From a virus (lineage: Duplodnaviria; Caudoviricetes): 35,343 bases of DNA. Every line of letters begins with the position of its first letter. The stretch's first letter is position 1. This document shows positions 8,298 to 16,576 of this stretch, piece by piece. Position numbers and translations under genes: made by a program. Under the pieces are notes generated by a model, which saw only the letters and a list, made by a program, of their open reading frames with translations, had not been told where the DNA came from and did not search any database. Where the stretch lies: positions 1 through 35,343 of IMG/VR virus record IMGVR_UViG_3300022177_000057; one strand, given 5' to 3'.

Positions 8298-9059
8298 GTT
8301 AGAGCGGATTTCGAGGCTGAGGGCGTGATGCTTTTTCGGGGTGACAGCGTGGCCTTGTTGGATCAGTTGGTGTTGCCGCCGGTGGACGCGGTGATCACCG
8401 ACCCGCCCTACAGCAGCGGCGGGTTCACCCATGCCGCGCGCTCGGCCCCGCCCGAGCAGAAATACGTCAGCGCCGGGCAGAAGAAGACCTGGCCCAGCTT
8501 CCTGGGCGACAATCGCGACTCGTTGTCCTGGTTGGTCTGGTCGGACGTGTGGGCCAGCCTGGCCCATCGTCACTGCCGGGATGCGGCATATTTCCTCATG
8601 TTCTCGGATTGGCGGCAACTGCCGTTGGCCAGCATCGCCCTGCAGATGGGCGGATTCGTCTGGCGGGGGGTGATCGCCTGGGACAAGACCGAGGCCGCCC
8701 GCTCGCCCCACAAGGGCTATTTCCGCCATCAATGCGAATACGTCCTGTGGGGCTCCAAGGGGCCGTTGCCGGCCAGCGGCGGGCGGGGTCCCTGGCCCGG
8801 CTGCCTGCGCCACCCGGTGAGGCAGAGCGACAAGCACCACATGACCGGCAAGCCCACGGACCTGATGACCGACCTGGTGCGGGTGGCCCCGCCCGGCGGC
8901 GTGGTGCTGGACCCATTCATGGGCTCGGGCACCACCGGCGTGGCCGCGCTGCGCGCCGGCTGCCAATTCGTGGGCATTGAGATGGACCCGCACTACTTCG
9001 AAGTGGCCAAGGAAAGAATATCAGCCGCCTTGGCCAAGAGGAGCGCAGATGCGTCCTGA
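8295..9059 (+). CDS. Beta-class N6-adenine/N4-cytosine DNA methyltransferase (orphan)
   Basis: Catalytic VITDPPY precedes SAM-binding VLDPFMGSGTTG; HMTGKP; SD GGAGAGG before ATG 8295. Confidence 0.93.
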   Translation: MVRADFEAEGVMLFRGDSVALLDQLVLPPVDAVITDPPYSSGGFTHAARSAPPEQKYVSAGQKKTWPSFLGDNRDSLSWLVWSDVWASLAHRHCRDAAYFLMFSDWRQLPLASIALQMGGFVWRGVIAWDKTEAARSPHKGYFRHQCEYVLWGSKGPLPASGGRGPWPGCLRHPVRQSDKHHMTGKPTDLMTDLVRVAPPGGVVLDPFMGSGTTGVAALRAGCQFVGIEMDPHYFEVAKERISAALAKRSADAS

Positions 9060-9327
9060 TCGCAGCACCAAGGCCCTGACCGCCGTCGGCTACGTCGGCC
9101 TGTCCCTGTGCGGCGTCCCGCAGTGGTGGCACATGCTGTTCACCGGGGACGTGGCCGGGGTCAGCCCCTGGTTCCTGGCCAGCTACACCGCCAGCCTGGC
9201 CGCGCTCCAGGCCGCGTTTGTGTTGGGGCGCGTGGGCCGGGCCTTGGTGCTGGGCAACGCCGCCGGACTGCTCAACGCCCTGGCCAGCCTGGCGGCCTAC
9301 GGGTGGGTGGCGGGAGGGAACGCATGA
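9049..9327 (+). CDS. PQ-loop/SemiSWEET-like three-helix membrane protein
   Basis: 92 aa, three hydrophobic segments, GVPQWWHMLFTGDVAGVSPWFL motif. Confidence 0.65.
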   Translation: MRPDRSTKALTAVGYVGLSLCGVPQWWHMLFTGDVAGVSPWFLASYTASLAALQAAFVLGRVGRALVLGNAAGLLNALASLAAYGWVAGGNA

Positions 9328-9566
9328 GCCAAATCCGCGACCTGGCTGAAGCGCTGGTGGATGCCCTGGACCAGGAGTGCCACGACTCCCACGCGGTGAT
9401 ACCCGACTGGTTGCGGACCGACGCCACCGGAGATATCTGCCTGGCCTGCCTGCTCCAGGGCCTGATCGATCGCCTGGAGATCCACGCCAGCCCGGACGCC
9501 AACGCCCTGGCTCTCGGACTACGGTTGCTCCGGCCTCGCTGTGATGGTTGGCACGAAGACAGCTGA
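9324..9566 (+). CDS. Hypothetical protein
   Basis: ATGA overlap, RBS GGAGGG; CxxC (CLAC). Confidence 0.65.
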   Translation: MSQIRDLAEALVDALDQECHDSHAVIPDWLRTDATGDICLACLLQGLIDRLEIHASPDANALALGLRLLRPRCDGWHEDS

Positions 9567-9581
9567 CGAAAGGAGGAGAGC

Positions 9582-9767
9582 ATGTGTATCGGTGAGAAAT
9601 CGCCCCAGGACTGCAACATCTGCATTTTATGGAAGCGAACCGGCAACTCGGCCAAAGGCAAGCGCATCCCGGACGGCCGGGGTGGCTGGGGCAGCGGCAA
9701 ATGCACCTGGGACAAGGGGCCGGAGACCTGCCGGCCTACGCGGACCAGGGGCAAACTCGGCGAATGA
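9582..9767 (+). CDS. Small Cys-rich hypothetical protein
   Basis: RBS AGGAGGAG; CNIC plus three more Cys in 61 aa. Confidence 0.65.
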   Translation: MCIGEKSPQDCNICILWKRTGNSAKGKRIPDGRGGWGSGKCTWDKGPETCRPTRTRGKLGE

Positions 9768-9784
9768 GCGAGAGGAGGAGAGCG

Positions 9785-10225
9785 ATGCCCGAGACGACCG
9801 GCGTTGACCTGATCGCGGCCGAGCGCCGCCGCCAGGTCGAGGTGGAGGGATTCGACGCGGTGCGCGACGACCGCTGCCGCCGTGGCGAGTTGGCCCAGGC
9901 CGCGGCCTACTACGCCTTTCCGGGCGACGAGGTGTCCACGGGCCTGCCCCACAAGTGGGGCACCGGCTCGTTGAGCATCAGCTTGCAGCGGCTGCTGTTC
10001 CCGTCTGGCTGGTCCCTGAACGGGCGGGAAAAGGCGCGGCACGATCGCATCCGGCAGCTGACCATCGCCGGAGCCTTGTGCGCGGCCGAGATCGACCGCC
10101 TGCTTCGGGAGCAGGCCCGCGCCAACCAGGCCCAGGCTCGCCAGCACCAGCCCTGGTGCCCGGCGGTGGACATTTCCGGCGCGGGCGAGCCCGGGACCTG
10201 CACCTGCGGTGGCGGGGAGCAGTAG
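9785..10225 (+). CDS. Conserved phage protein of unknown function
   Basis: IAAERRRQVEVEG..DD..GELAQAAAYYA...AGALCAAEIDRL signature; RBS AGGAGGAG. Confidence 0.8.
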   Translation: MPETTGVDLIAAERRRQVEVEGFDAVRDDRCRRGELAQAAAYYAFPGDEVSTGLPHKWGTGSLSISLQRLLFPSGWSLNGREKARHDRIRQLTIAGALCAAEIDRLLREQARANQAQARQHQPWCPAVDISGAGEPGTCTCGGGEQ

Positions 10226-10228
10226 GCC

Positions 10229-11581
10229 ATGACTCGTCGCCTGCCACCCCAGGACCTGGCCGCCGAGCAGGGCGTGCTGGGGGGCGTGCTGGCCCACGGG
10301 TCCGAGGTGTTGGCCGGGGTGGCGGCCACCATCGAGCCCCACGATTTCTACGATCGCCGTCACGGCCTGATCTTCGCCTCCATGCTGGCCCTGTACGAAA
10401 AGGGCCAGCCGGTGGACGAAATCACGGTGTTGGGGCGGTTGAGCGACGAGGGCCGCCTGGAAGCGGCCGGTGGGGCGGCCTTCCTGGCCCAGCTCACCGA
10501 CGTGGTGCTGAGCCCGGCCCACGTGGACCACTACGCCCGGCTGGTGGCCGACAAGGCCCTGCTGCGCCGGTTCATCGCCGCCGGCCACCAGGCCATCGAA
10601 TCCGCCTATGCCCACCAGGCCGACCCCGAAACGGCCCTGGAGGAGGCCGAGCGGACCATCTTCGCCGCCACCCAAGCCCGCCGCCTGTCCGGCTTCGCGC
10701 CCCTGGGCGAGATCGTCAAGGGCTCGCTGAAGCTCCTGGAGCAACGCTACCGGCACAAGGGCCTGATCGGCGGGGTGTCCACCGGCTACCGGGTGCTGGA
10801 TCAGCTCACCAACGGCCTCCAGGCCGGCGACCTGGTGATCGTGGCCGGCCGGCCCAGCATGGGCAAGACCGCCTTCGCGCTGAACATGGCCGCCAACGCC
10901 GCCCTGGACCACCAGGTCGGAGTGGCGGTCTTCAGCCTGGAGATGAGCAAGGAGCAGTTGGGCCTGCGCCTGTTGTCGGCCGAGGCCCGGGTTTCGGCCG
11001 GCAAAATGCGCAGCGGCTTTCTGGCCGCCCCGGACTTCGGCGCGCTCACCACTGCCGCAGACCGACTCTACGCCGCGCCGATCTACATCGACGACACCCC
11101 GGCCGTCACGGTGCTGGAGATGCGAGCCAAGGCCCGGCGGTTGATGGCCGAGCGCGGCCTGGGCCTGGTGCTGGTGGACTATCTCCAGCTGATGCGCGGC
11201 CGGGCCGGGGCCGACAACCGCGAGCAGGAGATCAGCGATATCAGCCGCAGCCTCAAGGCCCTGGCCAAGGAGCTGAACCTGCCGGTGGTGGCCTTGAGCC
11301 AGCTCAACCGCAAGGTTGAGGACCGGCCGGGCGACAAGCGCCCGATGCTGGCCGACCTGCGCGAGTCCGGGGCCATCGAGCAGGACGCCGACGTCATCAT
11401 GTTCATCTACCGCAAGAAGGCCTACAAGAAGCGCGCCGACCCGGTCGAGCCCGACGACCACGTGGCCGAGATCATCATCGGCAAGCAGCGCAACGGCCCC
11501 ACCGGGGTGGTCAAGCTGGCCTTCGTGGACGAATTGACCAAGTTCGAGAACCTGGCCGATGAATTTGGAGGTGACGCATGA
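10229..11581 (+). CDS. dnaB: Replicative DNA helicase
   Basis: PPQDLAAEQGVLG, GRPSMGKT, FSLEMS, VDYLQLM, LSQLNR, DLRESGAIEQDAD, KQRNGPTG. Confidence 0.97.
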   Translation: MTRRLPPQDLAAEQGVLGGVLAHGSEVLAGVAATIEPHDFYDRRHGLIFASMLALYEKGQPVDEITVLGRLSDEGRLEAAGGAAFLAQLTDVVLSPAHVDHYARLVADKALLRRFIAAGHQAIESAYAHQADPETALEEAERTIFAATQARRLSGFAPLGEIVKGSLKLLEQRYRHKGLIGGVSTGYRVLDQLTNGLQAGDLVIVAGRPSMGKTAFALNMAANAALDHQVGVAVFSLEMSKEQLGLRLLSAEARVSAGKMRSGFLAAPDFGALTTAADRLYAAPIYIDDTPAVTVLEMRAKARRLMAERGLGLVLVDYLQLMRGRAGADNREQEISDISRSLKALAKELNLPVVALSQLNRKVEDRPGDKRPMLADLRESGAIEQDADVIMFIYRKKAYKKRADPVEPDDHVAEIIIGKQRNGPTGVVKLAFVDELTKFENLADEFGGDA

Positions 11582-12324
11582 GGGATCAGGACCTGGGCAT
11601 CACCCGGGACGTGGTGGCCGGGCAGGAGATCTACGGCCAGCCGGGCGAGTCTCCGGTGAAGATTCTACACCGCCCGGAGTTGACCAAGTGGGAGCGCCGC
11701 GTGGTGGCGGTGCTGGGGGATTTCAGCCGGGAGTTTCCCGGCGAATTCCTGCCGGCCGAGGAGTTGGCCGAGGCCCTGGGCCTGTTTGAGTATGCCGGCC
11801 AAAAGCCGACTCCCTCGCGGGCCACCCGTAACCTGCGCACGTTGGTGAACCACCTGATCGAGTTCCACGCCATCCCGGTGGCCCCCCTGCCGGGCGTCAA
11901 GGGCGGCTACCGCCTGGGCCTGACCCGCGAGGAGGTGGAGCGGGCGGTGGGACCCCAACTGCGGCGGGTGCGCACGGGCATGCGCAAGGTCAGCTCCCTG
12001 CAAGGCGCGGCCGAGATTCTCACCGAGGGGATGGTGCAGCTGACGTTGGACCTGCCGGGCAAGACCCCGGTGGAAATCCACCGGGTGCTGGGCGAGCGCC
12101 TGGGGGCGGGTGGCGGTCCGGCCAGCCTGGGCCAGGTGAAAAAGGCCCTGGAAATTTACCAGGCCGACCCCGATCGCTACGCGCGCGAGATCGAGGACCT
12201 GGCCGAGCAGTTCGGCGGTCTGTTCGTGCGCGCCACGGTGTTGGAGGAAGCCGAGGCCGCGCTGGCCCAGGCCCAGGCCGCGGTGGCGCGCGCTCGTCAG
12301 GGCAGCCGGGCCGAGGCCGCCTGA
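11578..12324 (+). CDS. Hypothetical protein, possible winged helix
   Basis: ATGA overlap; AEELAEALG...LRTLVNHL...GGYRL. Confidence 0.7.
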   Translation: MRDQDLGITRDVVAGQEIYGQPGESPVKILHRPELTKWERRVVAVLGDFSREFPGEFLPAEELAEALGLFEYAGQKPTPSRATRNLRTLVNHLIEFHAIPVAPLPGVKGGYRLGLTREEVERAVGPQLRRVRTGMRKVSSLQGAAEILTEGMVQLTLDLPGKTPVEIHRVLGERLGAGGGPASLGQVKKALEIYQADPDRYAREIEDLAEQFGGLFVRATVLEEAEAALAQAQAAVARARQGSRAEAA

Positions 12325-12863
12325 TGGCCACCAAGATCATCCGGGGGCCCTGGGGGCGCGGCCAGCGCCACCCGCTGTGGGCGGCCCTGTGGCCGCAGCT
12401 GGAGGTCCTGCCCAGCCCCGGCCAGGAGTCGGTCATCGCGGCGGTGGTGGAGGAGATCGCCAGCCTGTTGCGGGCGCTGGGGTCCGAGCCGATCCGGGAT
12501 CACGCCACCTGGCTGCGGGGAGTGGTGGAGCAGGCCGACCCCGGGCTGTGGCCGCCCAGCGACTACCAGGCGGTGTTGCGCGTCCTGAAGGCCAAGAAGG
12601 CCGAGCTGATCGCGCGGCAGCGCAACGGCCAGCGCATCACCCCGGCCCAGAACAAGCGCCTGTGGGCGGCGCTGGCCGCCCACCCGCATTGCGACCAGGA
12701 CTGGCTCTACGCCCAGATCGCCGCGCGCTTCCCCCGGGCCAAGCGCGCGAAGAACGGGAAGATGAAGCCCAGCGTCAGCCTCCTGACCCGCCGCGAGGCC
12801 GGGGAGCTGATCGACGAGCTGGAGGGCCGCGCCCCCCGCCGCCGGCGTCGGAGGAGCGCGTGA
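12324..12863 (+). CDS. GemA (Mu gp16)-like protein
   Basis: C-terminal ITPAQNKRLWA...SVSLLTRREAGELIDEL; immediately upstream of mor. Confidence 0.5.
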   Translation: MATKIIRGPWGRGQRHPLWAALWPQLEVLPSPGQESVIAAVVEEIASLLRALGSEPIRDHATWLRGVVEQADPGLWPPSDYQAVLRVLKAKKAELIARQRNGQRITPAQNKRLWAALAAHPHCDQDWLYAQIAARFPRAKRAKNGKMKPSVSLLTRREAGELIDELEGRAPRRRRRRSA

Positions 12864-13108
12864 GCGACCTGCCCGGCATCCTGGCCGAGATCGCCGCCCT
12901 GGTCGGCCCCGACGCCGCCCGGCGGATCGGCCTGCGCCTGGCCGGCCAGGTGGTCAAGTTCCCCTGCCGGGCCGCCCTGGTCCGGCCCGACCGCGACGCC
13001 GAGATTCGCCGTCTGTTCGACGAGGGCTGGAGCATCGAGGCCCTGGCCGCTCGCTTCAAGCTGTCCCGCCGCCGGGTCAGGCAAATCCTCATCGGACGCA
13101 TCTCCTGA
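12860..13108 (+). CDS. Mor/C family transcription activator
   Basis: GTG start in a GTGA overlap; LAGQVVKFP...RDAEIRRLF...IEALAARFKLSRRRVRQIL. Confidence 0.88.
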   Translation: MSDLPGILAEIAALVGPDAARRIGLRLAGQVVKFPCRAALVRPDRDAEIRRLFDEGWSIEALAARFKLSRRRVRQILIGRIS

Positions 13109-13281
13109 CCAAAATTCCTTAGAAAAATTCAAAAAGGGAAACGCTGGGGGCCGACTATTTCCCCGCGCTGTGGTGTCTTAGCACCAGGTGATCGCGGGTT
13201 GCTCTCCCGCCCCCACGGCCGGGGGCAACGCCTGGGCAGCGGAGCCCCCGGCCCCTTCCCCCTCAAACGAGGACGCACGTC
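13109..13281 (+). promoter_or_regulatory. Probable late promoter region
   Basis: AT-rich tract after mor; AAAATTC at 13111 and 13124; GGGAAA 13136-13141/TTTCCC 13158-13163 inverted pair; no canonical -35. Confidence 0.5.
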
Positions 13282-13563
13282 ATGATCGCCCAACTGCTCA
13301 TCCGCGGCGGTTGCAGCGCCTGCGCCGAGGCCCGCCCCGTTAAGGGCTGGCTGCGGCAAATGGGAATCGCGGTCACCGAGCTGGACGTCGGCACCCCGGA
13401 GGGCCTGGCCGAGGCGGCCTGGCTGGACGCGGCGGACCTGGAGGCGCTCCCGGTGCTGCTGCTCCACGACGACGCGCAAGGCGAGCTGCGTCGCTGGGTG
13501 GGGGCGCTGCCCTCTCCGGCCCAGCTCCGCCGCTTTCTGCTGGAGGTGTCCTGTGGCGCGTAG
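13282..13563 (+). CDS. Glutaredoxin/thioredoxin-fold protein
   Basis: GCSAC (CxxC) near the N-terminus; cis-Pro-like ALPVLL. Confidence 0.75.
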   Translation: MIAQLLIRGGCSACAEARPVKGWLRQMGIAVTELDVGTPEGLAEAAWLDAADLEALPVLLLHDDAQGELRRWVGALPSPAQLRRFLLEVSCGA

Positions 13564-13918
13564 CCATTTTCGCCCCGAGGAATTCCGCTGCCGCTGCCGC
13601 TGCGGCTGCGGGCTGGGCATGGAGCGGATGGACCCCGCCCTTATGGAGTCGCTGTACCGCCTGCGCGACCAGGTGGGGCCGATCAGGATTACCAGCGCCG
13701 TGCGCTGCCCGGCCCACAACGCGGCGGTAGGCGGCAGCCCCACCAGCAGCCATTTGGCTGGCCACGCCCTGGACATCGCGGTGGTCAGCGTGAGCGAGCG
13801 CTATCTCCTTTTGCGCGCGCTGCTGGCCCAGGGCTGGGAGCGGATCGGCATCGGCCGCGACTTTTTGCACGTGGACAACCACCCGGCCAAGCCGAGCGGC
13901 GTGGTCTGGCTGTACTGA
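13553..13918 (+). CDS. Endolysin, peptidase M15 family
   Basis: HFRPEEFRC, ITSAVRCPAHNAAVGG..SSHLAGHALDI, FLHVD. Confidence 0.92.
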   Translation: MARSHFRPEEFRCRCRCGCGLGMERMDPALMESLYRLRDQVGPIRITSAVRCPAHNAAVGGSPTSSHLAGHALDIAVVSVSERYLLLRALLAQGWERIGIGRDFLHVDNHPAKPSGVVWLY

Positions 13919-13929
13919 AGGAGGCCCTC

Positions 13930-14067
13930 ATGATCGCCTGGATCAAGAACCACAAGGCGTTGATGACCAGCGTCGCCGGCGCGGCCCTGGCGGCGGCGGG
14001 CGGCTTGATCACCTGGAGCGACGCGGTCCGGCAAGTCCTGGCCGCCCTGGGTCTGGGGGTGCAGTGA
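13930..14067 (+). CDS. Small hydrophobic protein, candidate holin; not in the ORF track
   Basis: MIAWIKNHKALMTSVAGAALAAAGGLITWSDAVRQVLAALGLGVQ; RBS AAGGAGG; TGATG overlap with the next gene. Confidence 0.65.
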   Translation: MIAWIKNHKALMTSVAGAALAAAGGLITWSDAVRQVLAALGLGVQ

Positions 14068-14708
14068 TGCGGCGAATCAAGATCAACTGGGGCTATTGGC
14101 TGGCCCTGGGATTGCTGGGCGCGATGTTGGCGGTCGTGAGCGGTTGCTCCTACCTGAGCGCCAAAAACACCGTCTACACTCCTGTGTTCAACCAGCAGGG
14201 GCAGTTGGTGGTGGGCGGCGACGGCCAGCCCCTGACCACCAGGCAAGAGCTGACCGACGAGGCGGCCTATTACCAGGCCCAGCTGATGGGCGCGCAGATC
14301 GCCTCCCAGCCGATTTTCAAGCTGACCTTCCCGGATCAAGCCAAGGCGGGGATGCAGGCGGCCCTGACTAACCCCAGCCAGGCCACGCCCTACGCCGTAG
14401 CCAATCTGCTGGCCGGGGCATCCCTGGAGGTTCGCGCACCCCACAACGGCCAGATCGGGCAGTACCGCTCCGAGTGGGCCAACTGGATACCGGTGCTGGC
14501 GATGGCCGCCCAGAGCGCATTTGTCACCGACCGCCTGGCCAATGTGGCCGTGGCCGGCTTCGGCGCGGCGCGGGGCACGGTCACCACCATCAACGCCAGC
14601 CAGCAGGCGGGGGTCCAGGTGGGATCGCCCGGGGGCCAGGTCAACACGCCCAGCACCACCACAACCACCACCAGCAACGACGACCACAGCGTCCAGGGGG
14701 CGCAGTAG
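14067..14708 (+). CDS. Lipoprotein in the lysis cassette (spanin candidate)
   Basis: Basic N-terminus, hydrophobic stretch and lipobox VSGC. Confidence 0.7.
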   Translation: MRRIKINWGYWLALGLLGAMLAVVSGCSYLSAKNTVYTPVFNQQGQLVVGGDGQPLTTRQELTDEAAYYQAQLMGAQIASQPIFKLTFPDQAKAGMQAALTNPSQATPYAVANLLAGASLEVRAPHNGQIGQYRSEWANWIPVLAMAAQSAFVTDRLANVAVAGFGAARGTVTTINASQQAGVQVGSPGGQVNTPSTTTTTTSNDDHSVQGAQ

Positions 14709-15443
14709 ATGGCCGGGGGCAGCCAAGACGGGCTCCACTGGGGCGGGTTCCCGGCCCAGGATGGCCCCCAGCTGCACGCTGGTGGGATTCCTGCCGTTGG
14801 TGTGGGTGTTGACAGCCCCCAACCCGGAATCGTGGCTCCTGGCGCGCCTGGGGCGGCCGAGGTCCCGGTGGCGGACGTGGGCCTGGCCGACTACGCGGCC
14901 CAGGGCTGGCCCGACCTGGTGCGCGGCATGGTGGTGACGGTGGAGCGGCCGTGGTCCTGGCGTCGGCCGCTGCTGTCGCTTTTGGCCTGGCGCATCCGCC
15001 GCTGGTCCGGCCTGATTGCCGGCCGTCCGGCCCGGGCCAGCCACGCCATGCTCTATCTGGGCGCGGGGCGCTGCGCCAGCCAGGACGCTCGCTACGACGT
15101 GGTGCGCCTGGAGGCCTACCGCGGATGCGTGCTGCGCTTCTGGTCCTGGCCGGGCGGCCGGGCCGAGCGCAACGCCCTGGTGGCCGAGGCGGTGGTGCAC
15201 GTGGGCGAGGCCTACGGCTGGCGCGACATCGCGGCCCAGCTCCTGCGAGCGGCCACCGGCAACCCGGCCTGGCTGCAGGCCCTGGCCGACCGCCGCTGGA
15301 TTTGTTCCGAGGCGGTGTGCGCGCTGCTGCGCACGGTGCTGCCGGGCTACCTGGGCGGACGCTCCTGCGACTGCACGCCCCAGGAGCTTGAGGACTGGAT
15401 GCTCGCCCAGGGCTGGCCCTGCCTGGCCCTGCGGCTCATTTGA
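14709..15443 (+). CDS. Permuted papain-like NlpC/P60 (YiiX-like) hydrolase
   Basis: His before Cys: SHAMLYLG...GEAYG...WICSEAV...TPQEL; start uncertain. Confidence 0.75.
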   Translation: MAGGSQDGLHWGGFPAQDGPQLHAGGIPAVGVGVDSPQPGIVAPGAPGAAEVPVADVGLADYAAQGWPDLVRGMVVTVERPWSWRRPLLSLLAWRIRRWSGLIAGRPARASHAMLYLGAGRCASQDARYDVVRLEAYRGCVLRFWSWPGGRAERNALVAEAVVHVGEAYGWRDIAAQLLRAATGNPAWLQALADRRWICSEAVCALLRTVLPGYLGGRSCDCTPQELEDWMLAQGWPCLALRLI

Positions 15444-15454
15444 CGGGGGGGACG

Positions 15455-15799
15455 ATGGGCGATCCGGCCGTGGCCCTGGAGCAGATGCGGGGGCAATTCA
15501 ACCGCAAATTGGCTGACCTGGAGGGACAGATCAAGAACCTCCAGACGGCGGTGCATTTGGGCATGCAAGCCATCCGGGAGCAGTTCGCCGGGTTGGTGGC
15601 GGCCCTGGGGCACAAGGACGGCGATTGCGTCACTTGCCGCCACGGCCTGGACAAGCAATTGGGCGACCACGAGACGCGCTTGCGCTCTCTGGAAGCGGCT
15701 AAGTGGAAGCTGGTGGGGGCCCTGCTCATCGCGGGTCCGGTGTTGGGGGGCGGCTGTGGGGCCTTGGTGACCTGGCTGCTAAATAGGGTGTCGCAATGA
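15455..15799 (+). CDS. Coiled-coil protein with C-terminal transmembrane helix
   Basis: DHETRLRSLEAAKWKLVGALLIAG. Confidence 0.7.
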   Translation: MGDPAVALEQMRGQFNRKLADLEGQIKNLQTAVHLGMQAIREQFAGLVAALGHKDGDCVTCRHGLDKQLGDHETRLRSLEAAKWKLVGALLIAGPVLGGGCGALVTWLLNRVSQ

Positions 15800-16032
15800 A
15801 CCTGAGCGATCAGCAATTGTTGGCGCGGACCAAAATCGAACAACGCATCAAGGAGCGTGAGGTCCAGATCAGAGCCAAGCTGGACTCCCTGAGCTACAGC
15901 CTTAACGAGTTCGTGCAGGGCGGGCTGGACAAGCTCAAGGAGGCCGACGCCGAAATCCTGTTTACGGACTTCATGCAACTCATGGCCGACTACCGGTTGG
16001 CCCTGGAGGCCCGCGCCCAGGTCGGGCGCTAG
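15796..16032 (+). CDS. Hypothetical protein
   Basis: ATGA overlap; 78 aa. Confidence 0.7.
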   Translation: MNLSDQQLLARTKIEQRIKEREVQIRAKLDSLSYSLNEFVQGGLDKLKEADAEILFTDFMQLMADYRLALEARAQVGR

Positions 16033-16045
16033 GAGCCCCGCGCCC

Positions 16046-16576
16046 ATGCCCAAGAAGTACCCGCCGGCCGCACGCCGCGAGGCTTGCGAACTGTACGTCT
16101 CTCTGGGTGACCTGGAGCAGGTGGCCCAGGAGATGCGCCGGCGCGGCTACGCCAGCTACTCCGTGGAGACGCTGCGGCGCTGGCGCGACGAGGGCGGCTG
16201 GGACCAGGTGCGGGCCGGGGCGGTGGGTGAAGCGGCCAAGGTCGCGGCCCTGGCCGACGCCGAGGCGGCGGTGGTCAACATGCTGGCCAGCTACCAGGCT
16301 CTGCGGGGACAAATCCAGACCAAGTTGGCCGACGACCAGGTGGAGTTCGCCGAGGGCGTCAACCTGCTGGTCAAGATCGACGGCCTGATCCGCTCGCTCC
16401 TGGCCCAGCAGCGCGGCAAGGTGCAACAGGTGGACAAACCCGCCCTGGCCCTGGAGATGCTGGAGCTGGTGGTGAGCACCCTGGCGGAACTGGACCCGGC
16501 AGCCCTGGAGTTTGTCCAGCCCCACATCCCCGCCCTGGGCCAAGCCCTCAAAGCCCGCTACGCGGAGGCCGCGTGA
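16046..16576 (+). CDS. Terminase small subunit-like protein
   Basis: N-terminal HTH SVETLRRWRDEGGWD; directly upstream of TerL. Confidence 0.75.
   Translation: MPKKYPPAARREACELYVSLGDLEQVAQEMRRRGYASYSVETLRRWRDEGGWDQVRAGAVGEAAKVAALADAEAAVVNMLASYQALRGQIQTKLADDQVEFAEGVNLLVKIDGLIRSLLAQQRGKVQQVDKPALALEMLELVVSTLAELDPAALEFVQPHIPALGQALKARYAEAA

Noticed and set aside
8295-9059. Restriction-modification system
   Set aside because: No cognate endonuclease recognisable; treated as an orphan methyltransferase.
9563-9572. CTGACGA, a second hammerhead core candidate
   Set aside because: No compatible stems or GAAA/UH arrangement; it is a stop codon followed by an RBS.
9272-11461. 729-aa minus-strand ORF, and similar long antisense ORFs (4256-5848, 16558-18096, 18117-20411, 24229-26019, 28155-30668, 32786-34699)
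   Set aside because: Shadow frames opposite well-supported genes in high-GC DNA; no motifs.
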